64,000 bases of DNA from Candidatus Latescibacterota bacterium (GTDB lineage Bacteria; Latescibacterota; CBDEFO01), in contig OZ252149.1 of NCBI GenBank assembly GCA_965248755.1, positions 832,001 to 896,000 of the forward strand. The letters run 5' to 3'. This document shows, piece by piece, positions 34,263 to 45,029 of this stretch; position 1 is the stretch's first letter, and the number at the start of each line of letters is the position of its first letter. The notes beneath the pieces were generated by a model. The model had not been told where the DNA came from. It worked only from the letters and a program-made list of their open reading frames with translations, and ran no database searches. The position numbers and the translations under genes were made by a program.

Positions 34263-37200
34263 CTACGTCACCTGTTCTATTTCTTCCTCAACTTCCACCT
34301 GCCTCCCAAGTAGCCTTGCGCCCAGGCACTTGAGATCCTCAAGGATGAAGTAGCCTACGGGGACGAGCAACAGGGTGATAAAGGTCGCGAACAGGACTCC
34401 GAACCCGAGAGAGATAGCCATAGGTATGAGGAACTGCGCCTGCAGACTCCTCTCTAACAGCAGGGGCGTGAGTCCGGCAAAGGTGGTCAAGGATGTGAGC
34501 AAGATGGGACGGAAGCGAGCCACACCTGCCTGCCGAAGTGCCTTCTCTATGGGGGTTCCATCCGCCCGTGTGCGGTTGACAAAATCGACCATGATCAAAC
34601 TGTCGTTTACTACCACACCGGTAAGCGCAACGATGCCGAACATCGACAGGATGGTCAGGTCCATTCCCATTATGATGTGTCCCCATATCGCTCCGACCAC
34701 GCCGAAGGGGATAGCGGCCATAACGATTAAGGGCTGTATGTAGGAGCGGAAGGGGACAGCCAAAAGGGCGTAGATCATCAGCAGGGCGATCAAAAAGCCG
34801 CGTTTTAAGCCATCTAAAGTTTCGCTCTGCTCCCGCTGTTCGCCTTCGAGGGAGTAGCTGATCCCAGGATGGTCTGCGAGCAGCTTGGGCAGGGCCGAAC
34901 CGGTAAGATCGGCTAATATCTCATTTGCATTGGCCTTGCTCTGATCTACATCGGCTGTGACGTTGACGGTGCGCCGGCGGTCGGTGCGTTGAATGGCAGC
35001 ATAGCCGCGCCCGAGTTTGGCGGTTGCCGCAACGGAAAAGGGAACTTCCCCGCCTGAGGGAGTTCGAATGCGCATGTTTTCCAGGTCGCCGAGGGAGCGC
35101 CGACCATCGGCGGGGTATCGCACCATCACGCGGATGTCGTCGCGGCCGCGCTGGATGCGTTGTGCCTCTTCTCCGTAGAAGGCTTGTCGCACCTGGCGCG
35201 CAAGATCAGAGAGGGAAAGACCTAAAGCCTCAGCGGCAGGCGTGATGGAGAGTTCGACCTCCTGTTTTCCGGGTCGGAAGGAGTCTCTAATGTCGATGAC
35301 GCCGGGATAGTTGTTCAACCTTCTCTTAAGTTCGTCCGCCACTACCTTCAACTGATCGTAGTCTAATCCCCGATTGAATCTATCGGGGACAGCAAGCTGG
35401 ATGTTGATGGCCTCGCCGGTGGAGAAGAGAGACGAGGTGAAGGTCAGCTCCTGAGCGTCGGGGATAGGACCGGTAAGGTTGCGCCAGCGGCTGGCGATCT
35501 CGGGACTGGTGATGCTCCGCTCCTCAGAAGGGGCCAGTTCGATGTTAACTTCTCCGAGATGGGCGCCTGAAAAGGAGCTGGTGCTTTGGCCCGGACGGCT
35601 CTGACTTGCGCTAAAGGGGTGTTCACCGATAGAAGCCAGGACGTGGCGGAAGACTCCGTTGTGTATTCCTCCTCCTTCAGCTTCGAGTTCTTTGCGCAGC
35701 TTCTGGGCACTCTCTTCAAGGCGTTGCACGGCATCGGCTGTGACCTCGACAGGCGTCCCCTGCGGCATTGTCAAGAGAGCGACGACGTTATCCGCATCCA
35801 CATTCGGGAAAAAGAGGAACTTGATCCAGCCGCCGCCGACCAGACCGGAAGTGATAAGTAAGATGGACACGCCGATGGCAAGTGTAAGATAGCGCCAACG
35901 CAGGCCCAGCTCTAAAATAGGGCGGTAGACCGTGTCGACGAAGCGCCGCATCTTTCCCGCGAAGCCCTCCTGGAATCTCCCCCAGATGCCGCGTATCCCC
36001 CGAGACGGATCAGGCTGGCCCTTCGACCTGGAGTGAGACAGATGTGCGGGCAAGATGAACAGCGACTCCACAAGGGAAAATAAAAGGGTGGGGATCACGA
36101 TGAGCGGAATGAACTTCATAATCTTGCCCATGTTCCCCGGCACGGACAATAGGGGAGCAAAGGCCGCTACTAAGGTCATAACCGCGAAGATCACCGGCGT
36201 TGCTAACTCCTGGGCACCGTCGACAGCGGCGCGCAGGCCTTTTTTGCCTTTCTGCTGATGCGTGTAGATGTTCTCACCGATGACGATGGCGTCGTCGACG
36301 ACGATTCCGAGCACAGCGATGAAGGCAAAAAGCGAGATGAGATTGATCGAGACGTCGAAGGTCGGCATCAGCCAGATGGCTCCCAGGAAGGAGATCGGAA
36401 TCCCCAGTGCGACCCAGAAGGCAAGGCGCAGCCGCAAAAAGAGCGCTAAAGAGAGAAAGACCAAAACCAGACCGGCCCGGCCGTTGCGGATCAGCAGGTC
36501 GAGCCTGCCCCTAAGGATCCTTGAAAAGTCCTGCCAGATAGTCAGAGTAATCCCTTCAGGCATGCGGGGCTGAGCCGCGCGGACATAGTTCTTGATCGCT
36601 TCGGCGACCTCTAATGCATTCTCTTCCCCGACCCGGAAGACCTGCACCATGACAGAAGGCTTGCCATCGAAACGCGCAGACTGATCGGTGTCAGCAAAGC
36701 CGTCCACGACCTGTGCGACGTCACCCAATCTGAGTCGTGTGCCGTCCGGGAAGGAGCGGAGGATGAGGTCCTCAAATTCTCCCCCTCGGTAGGCCTGACC
36801 CTTTGTACGCAGAAGTATCTCGCCTCCTGAAGTCTTCACAGACCCTCCCGGAAGGTCCAAAGACGAGCGGCGCACCGTACGGACGACCTCATCGAAGGTG
36901 AGGCCATAGCGCTGCAGAGCATCTTCGGAGACCTCTATAGAGATCTCATACGGCCGGGCGTTTGAGAGTTCCACCTGGGTTATCCCGGGCAGGGCGGCGA
37001 TCTCGTCCCGAACCCGTTCGCCGAGGTATTTGAGCGTTACCTCATCGGCATTGCCCAAGATGGCAACGTTTATGACTTGGCGGCGAAGTATTACCTCCTG
37101 GATAACCGGTTTCTCGGTCTCTTCAGGGAAGGTATCGATAGCGTCAACTCGGTTCTTGATGTCGTCAAGGAGCTTGCGAGTATCAACTCCAGGCAAAAGT

Positions 37201-37484
37201 TCCACCGTTACAACACCGACACCCTCCACGGCGGTGGAGGTGATGCGCTTAATGCCCTCAAGGCTCTGTATCTCCTCCTCAATGCGTATGCAGACACCTT
37301 CTTCTACCTCTTCGGGAGCGGCGCCGAGATAGACTACGGAGACAGTGATAAGCTCGGACGAGAACTCGGGGAAGATCTCCTGCTTAAGGCTCATAGCGGT
37401 CAAAACACCGCTGACCAAGATCAAGAACATAAGGAGGTTTGCAGAGACCCTGTTTTCGGCAAACCAGGCGATGGCGCGATTCAT
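34263..37484 (-). CDS. RND efflux permease (AcrB/AcrD/AcrF family)
   Basis: 1073 aa, 'GIVVDDAIV.GEN', 'RFRPILLTSLTT'. Confidence 0.95.
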   Translation of the reverse strand: MNRAIAWFAENRVSANLLMFLILVSGVLTAMSLKQEIFPEFSSELITVSVVYLGAAPEEVEEGVCIRIEEEIQSLEGIKRITSTAVEGVGVVTVELLPGVDTRKLLDDIKNRVDAIDTFPEETEKPVIQEVILRRQVINVAILGNADEVTLKYLGERVRDEIAALPGITQVELSNARPYEISIEVSEDALQRYGLTFDEVVRTVRRSSLDLPGGSVKTSGGEILLRTKGQAYRGGEFEDLILRSFPDGTRLRLGDVAQVVDGFADTDQSARFDGKPSVMVQVFRVGEENALEVAEAIKNYVRAAQPRMPEGITLTIWQDFSRILRGRLDLLIRNGRAGLVLVFLSLALFLRLRLAFWVALGIPISFLGAIWLMPTFDVSINLISLFAFIAVLGIVVDDAIVIGENIYTHQQKGKKGLRAAVDGAQELATPVIFAVMTLVAAFAPLLSVPGNMGKIMKFIPLIVIPTLLFSLVESLFILPAHLSHSRSKGQPDPSRGIRGIWGRFQEGFAGKMRRFVDTVYRPILELGLRWRYLTLAIGVSILLITSGLVGGGWIKFLFFPNVDADNVVALLTMPQGTPVEVTADAVQRLEESAQKLRKELEAEGGGIHNGVFRHVLASIGEHPFSASQSRPGQSTSSFSGAHLGEVNIELAPSEERSITSPEIASRWRNLTGPIPDAQELTFTSSLFSTGEAINIQLAVPDRFNRGLDYDQLKVVADELKRRLNNYPGVIDIRDSFRPGKQEVELSITPAAEALGLSLSDLARQVRQAFYGEEAQRIQRGRDDIRVMVRYPADGRRSLGDLENMRIRTPSGGEVPFSVAATAKLGRGYAAIQRTDRRRTVNVTADVDQSKANANEILADLTGSALPKLLADHPGISYSLEGEQREQSETLDGLKRGFLIALLMIYALLAVPFRSYIQPLIVMAAIPFGVVGAIWGHIIMGMDLTILSMFGIVALTGVVVNDSLIMVDFVNRTRADGTPIEKALRQAGVARFRPILLTSLTTFAGLTPLLLERSLQAQFLIPMAISLGFGVLFATFITLLLVPVGYFILEDLKCLGARLLGRQVEVEEEIEQVT
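35367..35389. repeat. Short palindromic element inserted in-frame in the RND permease
   Basis: TCCCCGATTGAATCTATCGGGGA, read as VPDRFNRG. Confidence 0.85.
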
Positions 37485-38695
37485 CTTGCAACCCCTCGGA
37501 TCACAGCAGAGGCATCCTCATCTCCCATAGGTTCATCGGGCATAGTGCGCACCCGCATTCCGTCCGTCACAGCGTCCAGCGGAGAAAGACAGACACGCTC
37601 CTGGCAGGTCAGTCCCGAGCGGATTACCACTTCCTTCTTATCGGCGCGTAGGACCTCGACAGTGCGGAAGTGGAGCCGGTTTTCATCGTCGACGACCAGG
37701 GTCTGGTTGTGACTCCGCATCGCTCCACGCGGCAGCACGGTTACATCTTCAACCAGTCGGCCAATGATTTCAGCCTCCACAAAGAGGCCCACAGCTAACG
37801 GAGGCCTTTGGGGTTCGTCGCCGCGGCCGTAGGGGTTTTCGACCCGCGCGACGGCGTGGACCATGTGGCTTTTCGGGTCAATCTCTCCCTCGAGGCGCAC
37901 GATGTGGCCTCTCCAACTGTGCTGACGGCCGGCAAAGGTCGAACTCAGGATGACTTCCGGACCGCGGCGGTGTACTGTATCTCCTCGAAAGTCGAGCGGC
38001 AGGTCCAAAAAGGCGAGCTGATCATCGGGAATAGGCAGTCGGACCTCGGCGTAATCGACTGCGTAGATTTTCGCTGAAGGTGCACCTCGGTTTACAAATT
38101 GGCCGACGTCAACGCTCTTTGTGCGGACTCGGCCGGCGTACGGCGCGCGGATCTCGGTGCGCTCCAGATCGAGTTGGGCCTGCTGCAAGACAGCTTGGGC
38201 AGCGGCTAGGTCAGCTCGGGCCTGTGCTAATTGAGGGCGTCGTACGACCAACGGGTGAGGCTTTCCCTGTCCCAGGAGCTCCCATTCACGGCGGGCTACG
38301 TCTGCCTCTTCTTTCTCCCACGCCAGGCGTAGCCTCCCCTGCGCTACCTGTGCCTGCGCGCGCACTAACGCCAGTTCGTAGTCACTTGGGTCGATGGTGA
38401 CTAAGAGGTCACCGGACTCAAAGAAGCCACCCGCAGCAAATGCCGGAGATACAGCTATCACGCGTCCAGATACCTGAGAGATCAGGGTGCTTTCGGTGCG
38501 AGGAGTAACGCTCCCTTGCGAGCGAACCCTCAGTTGAAGGTTCTGACGTTGCACGGTGAGAACCCGAACCAGCGGTGCGGGGACTGCTGCTGGTCGGGAT
38601 TCGACAGCCGTCCGAGCTTTAACTAACACTATTAAGCCCACAATTCCCAGAGCGAGGACAACGAGTGGAAGGATAATCTTTAATTTTCTGTTCAT
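37481..38695 (-). CDS. RND membrane fusion protein
   Basis: TM anchor, lipoyl-like 'SQVSGRV', helical hairpin, 'IRAPYAGRV'. Confidence 0.92.
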   Translation of the reverse strand: MNRKLKIILPLVVLALGIVGLIVLVKARTAVESRPAAVPAPLVRVLTVQRQNLQLRVRSQGSVTPRTESTLISQVSGRVIAVSPAFAAGGFFESGDLLVTIDPSDYELALVRAQAQVAQGRLRLAWEKEEADVARREWELLGQGKPHPLVVRRPQLAQARADLAAAQAVLQQAQLDLERTEIRAPYAGRVRTKSVDVGQFVNRGAPSAKIYAVDYAEVRLPIPDDQLAFLDLPLDFRGDTVHRRGPEVILSSTFAGRQHSWRGHIVRLEGEIDPKSHMVHAVARVENPYGRGDEPQRPPLAVGLFVEAEIIGRLVEDVTVLPRGAMRSHNQTLVVDDENRLHFRTVEVLRADKKEVVIRSGLTCQERVCLSPLDAVTDGMRVRTMPDEPMGDEDASAVIRGVAR

Positions 38696-40128
38696 GGTGT
38701 ACTAGCCCCAGTATCAAGTAGTTCTGCAGAATCAGTCACGAAACCTCCGCCGAGAGCTAAATACAGGTCAATACGGGCATCCAGCCGCCCTCGGCGGACG
38801 GCGAGCAGTTGGCTTTCGGCCTCAAAGGCACGCCTTTGTGACTCGAGCATAGTGATGAGATCGGTCAGGCCACTGGCGTACCGATCCTCAGCAAGCCTGC
38901 GTGCGGCTAAGGCCTGCTCGGCAGCAGTTTCCAAAGCCTCTTGCTGCTTGACCAGAAATCCTTCGGCCGCCAAAGCAGCCTCCACCTCGGCGTACGCCCT
39001 GAGGACGCTCTGGGCGTATAGTGCCAGTGCCCCTTCGGACTGAGCATTGGCAAGATCGACGCCGGCCCGCAGGCGACCTCCCTGAAAGAGAGGCTGTACC
39101 AAGTTGCCGACCAGATTCCAGACCGCAAAGTCTCCGTTCAAAAGATCGCTCAGTTCGTTACTGGCAGTGCCCCCAGAGGATGTTAGACTAACTCTGGGAT
39201 AGAGTGCAGCACGGGCCTTGGTCACGCGGGCATCGGCAGCGGCGAGTTGACGCTCGGCCGCAATCAAGTCCGGACGGCGCGCCACCAGGTCTGCCGGTAG
39301 ACCAGCAGGGACACTATCAGGAACCTCTGGGAGTTCTTCTCCCACTGCGATGACCGCGGCGGGATAGCGCCCTAACAACAGTTCGAGTTGCCGCTGCACG
39401 TTATCCAGTCGTTCTTGCCTCTGCTGTAGGGTGGCTTCGGCTGTGGCCACATTAGAAAGCGAAAGGCGCAGATCCAGCGAGGGGCGCAGTCCGCGTTCGT
39501 AGCGGACTCGCACCTGCTGGCTGGAGGTACGGAAGTTCTCGACCGTCGCCTGGGCAAGTTCCACCTGGCTCCTGGCTTCGATGGCCGAAAACCACACCTT
39601 GGAGGTCTGACCAGCAAGTGAAAGCTTGGCGGCTCTCAGGTCCGCCTGCGAAGCCTGCAGATCCGCCAGGGCAGCCGATTTTTGCGCACCCAGCCGACCC
39701 CACAGATCCACCTCCCAGCTTGTGTCCAGAGAGACGCCAAAGCTGTTCGAGATCGAAGTTAGAACACCCCTCCTACCCGGGATAGGAAATCCGATGAAGT
39801 TCTGCCGACGCCGGTAGGCGTTAAAGTTAAGTCCGGCCTGAGGCAGCAACGGAGCACCGGCAATACGGGCCTGTGCAGAAGCAGCATAAAGTCGGGCAGC
39901 AGCGATCTGCAGGTTGTAGTTATAGGTTAGGGCCTCGGCCACCAGTTCCTCTAATTGAGGATCGCCGAAATGGGACCACCAGAGGGTGTCGCCGGGCATT
40001 TCCGTGTTGACAGCGGCAGTCCACCGATCGGGCGTTGCAACCCAGCGATTGGGATTCTGTGTCTTCGGCGCCGATGCGCAGGCCGCGGTCAAGAGAGGAA
40101 TTACCAAAAATAGGAATTTGACTCTCAT
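38692..40128 (-). CDS. RND outer-membrane factor lipoprotein (NodT/OprM family)
   Basis: Lipobox LTAAC, 'WWSHFGDPQL', 'SWEVDLWG', 'RRPDLIAAE', 'LYLALGGG'. Confidence 0.93.
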   Translation of the reverse strand: MRVKFLFLVIPLLTAACASAPKTQNPNRWVATPDRWTAAVNTEMPGDTLWWSHFGDPQLEELVAEALTYNYNLQIAAARLYAASAQARIAGAPLLPQAGLNFNAYRRRQNFIGFPIPGRRGVLTSISNSFGVSLDTSWEVDLWGRLGAQKSAALADLQASQADLRAAKLSLAGQTSKVWFSAIEARSQVELAQATVENFRTSSQQVRVRYERGLRPSLDLRLSLSNVATAEATLQQRQERLDNVQRQLELLLGRYPAAVIAVGEELPEVPDSVPAGLPADLVARRPDLIAAERQLAAADARVTKARAALYPRVSLTSSGGTASNELSDLLNGDFAVWNLVGNLVQPLFQGGRLRAGVDLANAQSEGALALYAQSVLRAYAEVEAALAAEGFLVKQQEALETAAEQALAARRLAEDRYASGLTDLITMLESQRRAFEAESQLLAVRRGRLDARIDLYLALGGGFVTDSAELLDTGASTP

Positions 40129-40193
40129 ACCGTTTCTCTTTTGTAAAGGTGCCTTTTATGTCCTGCGAGGGAATAACCAGAAATATTTTACTT

Positions 40194-40216
40194 TCCCCGA
40201 TTGAATCTATCGGGGA
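40194..40216. repeat. Short palindromic element copy, intergenic
   Basis: TCCCCGATTGAATCTATCGGGGA. Confidence 0.9.
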
Positions 40217-40247
40217 TCAATGTTGTATTATTACCTTTTACTATGAT

Positions 40248-41825
40248 TTACTTTTGAAAGACGGTTCTGATATCTTTGTGCAATCCACCATATTGTTCTA
40301 GCCTTTCCGCTCTTTGTCTGTCCAATTCTCTCTGTCGCACCCCAAATTCCGAAGATGAAAATAATCTTTCTGGGTGCATTAGAATAGAATCGACTAATCG
40401 TACAGATTTCGGAACCAGCAGTCCCGTTGCTTCAGATTCGATCCAGTCTTCTAATCCTCCCCTAATTACTGCATCTAAAATGCCTACGGTATCTTCTAAA
40501 CGAATGTCGTGGTAGTGAGCTCCTTCGCCGATCCCCCCGGTATTGAGAAGATAACAGTTTACATGAGGGTTGTCTGTTAATATATCGTAAAAGAGATTTG
40601 CATGGTCTGCTTTGTCTCCTGCGACAAAGGGGTCGTAAAAGAATTCATTTTTTATTTTGCCCGCCTGGGTCGGATCTCCTGCAGAAGATTCCATAGACTG
40701 GCCTAAAACCATAAATGCTGTCGCCTCTTGCGGTGTTAACTTCGCAATCGCAGGGATAATGCTCCCTCTTGTTATGATAAATAGATTATCGATTCTTTCG
40801 ACATTGATATCCCTGCTTGCATGCATAAAATCTCTTCTCTCGATAATCGCTCTTCCATTTGACGTTCGCTCTATGTTGTAAAAATCGATTTCTCCGTTTT
40901 CATCGACATAGACATTTTCAAGGAATGTATCCGATTTTAGAGTTCCATAATAGGTTTCTATTTGATTGTGAGGATTTAAGCCATCTGTTTTGACGAATAG
41001 TCCACCTGCTTCAAATCCACCAAAAGATCCCTCTCTTCTCAAGATTCCTCCATCGTCCTGGATTAACCATGATTTCTCCTCTGTCTTTCGCGCCAACACC
41101 TTGCACGTTAAAGATGTCTTGCCATTTGCACTCAGGGCGACAAACAAGGAACACCGTGTTTCGCAGCCTCCGTGAGACATTTCCAGATAATCATGTCTGC
41201 ACCCTGCATGCAGGAAAATCGCATCGCTCTTTTGCTTGGCTCTATAATTTTCCCCTGCAAAGATGGCCTTTTTCCACTCACCGGTATAGTTGCTATTTCT
41301 CACGATCTTGGTGAGGCAACCTTCCCGAGAGTGTGCATTCCTTATGGTAATACTCTTTTGAGGTAGCGTTTTTGAACTGTTTTCTTCGTATTCTTTATCG
41401 AAAAAGATAATGACTTGATGCGTAGGACGTTCTACAGATGTCGGCTTAAACAACTTCATTCCACCGTAGGCCAGATGAGCAAATCTCTTTGGAGTAATCA
41501 ATCTTGCCGTTATCCCTTCGCTCCCGTCTCCAACTACGACATCGACGCTGATAAGATGCTCTTTACGTAGATGCTCTGTTGCCTGATCTAATAGCGCATG
41601 TTCACCTTTTCCAAAAGGAGTGTCGATATTGTTTTTTGTAAACATAGCTGCTCTGGAGGTCGGTTCTGAATTAGCCATAATATTGCCATATCGGGTCTCT
41701 TTCACCCCCGGTTCTTCAAGAGCAAGATTTCTCAAAAGGTCTCTACTCGGGTTATGTGTCAGTCTGCCATCCTTCCTTGCATCTTCATAAATCTTCCTTG
41801 CAGTTTGTTGAAATTCATCTATCAT
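40248..41825 (-). CDS. pckA: Phosphoenolpyruvate carboxykinase (ATP), divergent family
   Basis: 'NYTGEWKK', 'LHAG', P-loop 'LSANGKTSL', 'QDD', 'TSNGRA', 'YLLNTG'. Confidence 0.8.
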   Translation of the reverse strand: MIDEFQQTARKIYEDARKDGRLTHNPSRDLLRNLALEEPGVKETRYGNIMANSEPTSRAAMFTKNNIDTPFGKGEHALLDQATEHLRKEHLISVDVVVGDGSEGITARLITPKRFAHLAYGGMKLFKPTSVERPTHQVIIFFDKEYEENSSKTLPQKSITIRNAHSREGCLTKIVRNSNYTGEWKKAIFAGENYRAKQKSDAIFLHAGCRHDYLEMSHGGCETRCSLFVALSANGKTSLTCKVLARKTEEKSWLIQDDGGILRREGSFGGFEAGGLFVKTDGLNPHNQIETYYGTLKSDTFLENVYVDENGEIDFYNIERTSNGRAIIERRDFMHASRDINVERIDNLFIITRGSIIPAIAKLTPQEATAFMVLGQSMESSAGDPTQAGKIKNEFFYDPFVAGDKADHANLFYDILTDNPHVNCYLLNTGGIGEGAHYHDIRLEDTVGILDAVIRGGLEDWIESEATGLLVPKSVRLVDSILMHPERLFSSSEFGVRQRELDRQRAERLEQYGGLHKDIRTVFQK

Positions 41826-42040
41826 TAGAGTTTGTCTCCTTAAATAGACAGTAGAAACATTGTTATCTATCCCCATTTGATAAATATACTGTAATTGGGT
41901 TTATCGGACAAGAAAAAACCCGCAATGACATTGGTTGCATCTTACCTTCGGTTATTGCGAAGCGCCAAACCCCGGCCCCGTCAGTAGGCGCTATCCGAAG
42001 GAACGCCAAGGGAAACCAGAAACAATCTCTGTGATAAGTA

Positions 42041-42256
42041 GTCGCAACCTCTTCCAAGGTCGTAACCTCTTCCAAGGTCGTAACCTCTTCCAAGGTCGTA
42101 ACCTCTTCCAAGGTCGTAACCTCTTCCAAGGTCGTAACCTCTTCCAAGGTCGTAACCTCTTCCAAGGTCGTAACCTCTTCCAAGGTCGTAACCTCTTCCA
42201 AGGTCGTAGCCTCTTCCAAGGTCGTAGCCTCTTCCAAGGTCGTAGCCTCTTCCGAG
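42041..42256. repeat. Tandem repeat, 12 x 18 bp (GTCGTAACCTCTTCCAAG)
   Basis: Unit 1 GCAA variant, units 2-9 identical, units 10-12 GTAGCC variant; no spacers. Confidence 0.97.
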
Positions 42257-42924
42257 CCAACTTTATGTTGTTTCACCAGCGCGTTCTCATATTATATATA
42301 CAACTTATTGATAGAGATCATACTTAAATCCATTTTCCCCTTGTCAGATAAACTCACAAACAGTATATTAAGTCTCTTTGAAGGGCGCAGCATATTTTTC
42401 TAGATATAGCTAAGAAGACTTGCCGCGGAAGGACCAAACAATTGAAAAAACTTAACGAGGCGTTGCTATGGTAAAAATTGATGTCTCAAAGTTTAAGCAG
42501 AGTCGAAAGGCGAATGCAGGAGAGGCTTAGCCTAAATCTTAACCTTCGCCTACCTTTACCGGGAGCGTGACCCGGGAGCGTGAGAATGATGATTTCTTCA
42601 ATCGACGCTTATTCACCGCGACAGATCGCGCAGAAGGTCGAAGCCTTGGGAGTGACAAAAGCTCGGAGCGATACCTTAAGCATATTAGTCTTGGCTGTGC
42701 TGGCTGGCCTGTCTGCGCCAGGGAGCAGGAAAGGAAAGTGCTGATGCCTCAGTCGGCACGTGAGACCCTTTGTCTTATTGCAAAATCGAGTCAGGCACAA
42801 AGATATTAAAACGTAGTACCTCGTGTCACACTCCTGTATCCCCCCTTAATAAGGGGGGAATTAAAGGGGGGTCGCTAACTTTAGCGTTGATAAAAAATCA
42901 ACAATTTAGAAGCAGGAGTTGCAT

Positions 42925-44229
42925 ATGTCCACTCTGCCAGCTTTACTCTATGAGACTGTTCACTTACTTCGCAAGGATCAGCTCGATCTGCTTACATATA
43001 TAGATCAGGTTTGCGATCGGATCGACGCTGTCGAACCTCAAATTCAGGCGATGATTTCTGAGCCGAATCGACGTGCTCGTTTAATGGAGGAGGCTGCTTC
43101 GCTAAAGGAGCGTTTCCCTGATCTGGAGATGCGCCCGCAACTTTACGGCATCCCAGTCGGGATCAAGGATATTTTTCATGTGGATGGTTTCGCAACCAAA
43201 GCCGGATCGAAGCTCCCGGCGGAACTCTTTGCCGGCCCTGATGCGGCCTGCGTGGCGACCCTGCGCTCTGCTGGTGCGCTGATTTTAGGTAAAACCGTTA
43301 CCACCGAGTTTGCCTACTTCGAGCCCGGTCCGACCCGTAATCCGCACGACCTTGATCATACCCCCGGAGGATCCAGCAGCGGATCTGCCGCGGCTGTTGC
43401 TGCAGGCTACTGCCCTCTGGCGCTCGGAACGCAGACCATCGGTTCAGTGATTCGTCCAGCCGCCTACTGCGGGATAGTCGGCTTCAAGCCGAGCTTCGGC
43501 CGCATCGCCACTGTTGGCGTGATCCCCTTTTCCAAGTCAGTCGATCATGTCGGCATTTTCACACAGGATGTGGCCGGTATGAGGCTGGCTGCGTCGATTC
43601 TCTGTAACGATTGGCGGGCAGATCGGGAGGATGTTCGGTCCTTCACACTGCCGGTGCTCGGCGTCCCAGAAGGACCTTATCTGGACCAGGCATCATCCGA
43701 GGCGTTGACCGCTTTCGAAGCACAGCTTTCATCGTTCGAAAGAGCCGGTTACTCCGTGCGGCGCGTGGCGGCGCTTGGTGATATTGAGACGATCTCCCAC
43801 CGCCATCGGCAGATGATCGCCGCTGAGGTTTCAAAGGTGCACAACGAGTGGTTTCCAAAGTACGAGCCGCTCTATCGTCCTCGCACGGCCGAGATTATCC
43901 GGCAGGGGCGTAAAGTGAGCGCTGATGAATTGGCAGAAGCCCGCGCCGGGCGCGGTATACTGCGAGATGAGTTAGAGGCACTAATGGCAGAGGTCGGGAT
44001 TGACTTATGGGTCTGTCCCGCTGCCCCTGGTCCTGCACCGGAGGGAATCGGCTCTACTGGCGACCCGGCCATGAATCTGCCCTGGACTCATGCGGGCCTG
44101 CCTGCTATCACACTTCCTGCAGGGTTATCCGAAAATGGTCTTCCGCTCGGACTGCAATTTGCCGCTCCTTTCATGGCGGACGAACGCCTGCTGGCCTGGG
44201 CTGAGGCGTTAGCCAGAATATTCGATTAG
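42925..44229 (+). CDS. Amidase signature family enzyme
   Basis: 'GIKDIF', 'TPGGSSSGSAAAVAAG', 'GTQTIGSVIRPAAYCG'. Confidence 0.92.
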   Translation: MSTLPALLYETVHLLRKDQLDLLTYIDQVCDRIDAVEPQIQAMISEPNRRARLMEEAASLKERFPDLEMRPQLYGIPVGIKDIFHVDGFATKAGSKLPAELFAGPDAACVATLRSAGALILGKTVTTEFAYFEPGPTRNPHDLDHTPGGSSSGSAAAVAAGYCPLALGTQTIGSVIRPAAYCGIVGFKPSFGRIATVGVIPFSKSVDHVGIFTQDVAGMRLAASILCNDWRADREDVRSFTLPVLGVPEGPYLDQASSEALTAFEAQLSSFERAGYSVRRVAALGDIETISHRHRQMIAAEVSKVHNEWFPKYEPLYRPRTAEIIRQGRKVSADELAEARAGRGILRDELEALMAEVGIDLWVCPAAPGPAPEGIGSTGDPAMNLPWTHAGLPAITLPAGLSENGLPLGLQFAAPFMADERLLAWAEALARIFD

Positions 44230-44488
44230 AACGACATCATACTGCTTTCCTGTAAAGGATCAATTCGGGCATGCCAGAAACAAAACGACACAGAAATTAG
44301 AGTGCGCCCTGACCATCCGCGTCCAGAAAGATCGTCCGGCATCTGAACGGATTGAGCTGACCAGACTGGGAAAGATCCAGGGATTACGAGGCTAACGCCT
44401 CAGGCTGTATCCGGATTATCTTTGGGTCGTAACTTAAACAGCGAAAGCGATAGACGGACTTATTGGATAGTTACTTAAGGTGCTGTAA

Positions 44489-45029
44489 TCAGTCACATTG
44501 GGCAGAGTGCAGATTAGGTAAACAAATCACGTTATCAGAGTAATAATTAAATCCCGGAACTGAGGATAAGAATCGATCATTAAGTCTCTCTCCTGCTTCG
44601 TAGTCGGAAAACTCAATTCCCGGCGCAATCGTCGCGCCCAACAGGGCGAATCTCCCTCCGGGGATGAGCCTCGATCCCTGACATACTCCGCTCGGCACTA
44701 CAACTTGCGGATAGCATACCCTTCAAGATGTCGTTCCCAAGTGTGATGACTCTGCCAGATCCATCAGGCATCAGTTGAAGCATCTCGACCGGGTCGCCCA
44801 TATAAAAGTGGAAAATCTCGTCCGTCGGGAGTCGGTGCATGGCGGAGAGGGTATCGGATGTCAGCAGATAGTAGATCGCAGTTGCAAACGATCTATCACC
44901 TTCATAGCGATTCGGAAGGGCATTTTGAGGGATGTGCTCATCAGAGCGGTAGGTCTCAACGAAGTAGCCGCCTTCTTCTGGATGCGGCTTAAGATTAAGC
45001 TGCCGCTGTAACTGCTCGGCTGTGATCAT
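44489..45029 (-). pseudogene. Cupin_5 (DUF985) protein, frameshifted near 44710
   Basis: 'LKPHPEEGGYFVETY', 'TAIYYLL', 'MHRLPTDEIFHFY'; C-terminus 'VVPSGVCQGS..TIAPGIEFSDYE' in another frame. Confidence 0.82.

Noticed and set aside
42041..42256. Possible CRISPR array
   Set aside because: Units are contiguous with no unique spacers, and no cas genes are present
41863..42327. ORFs spanning the 18-bp array
   Set aside because: They are open in several frames only because the unit lacks stops; no independent coding evidence
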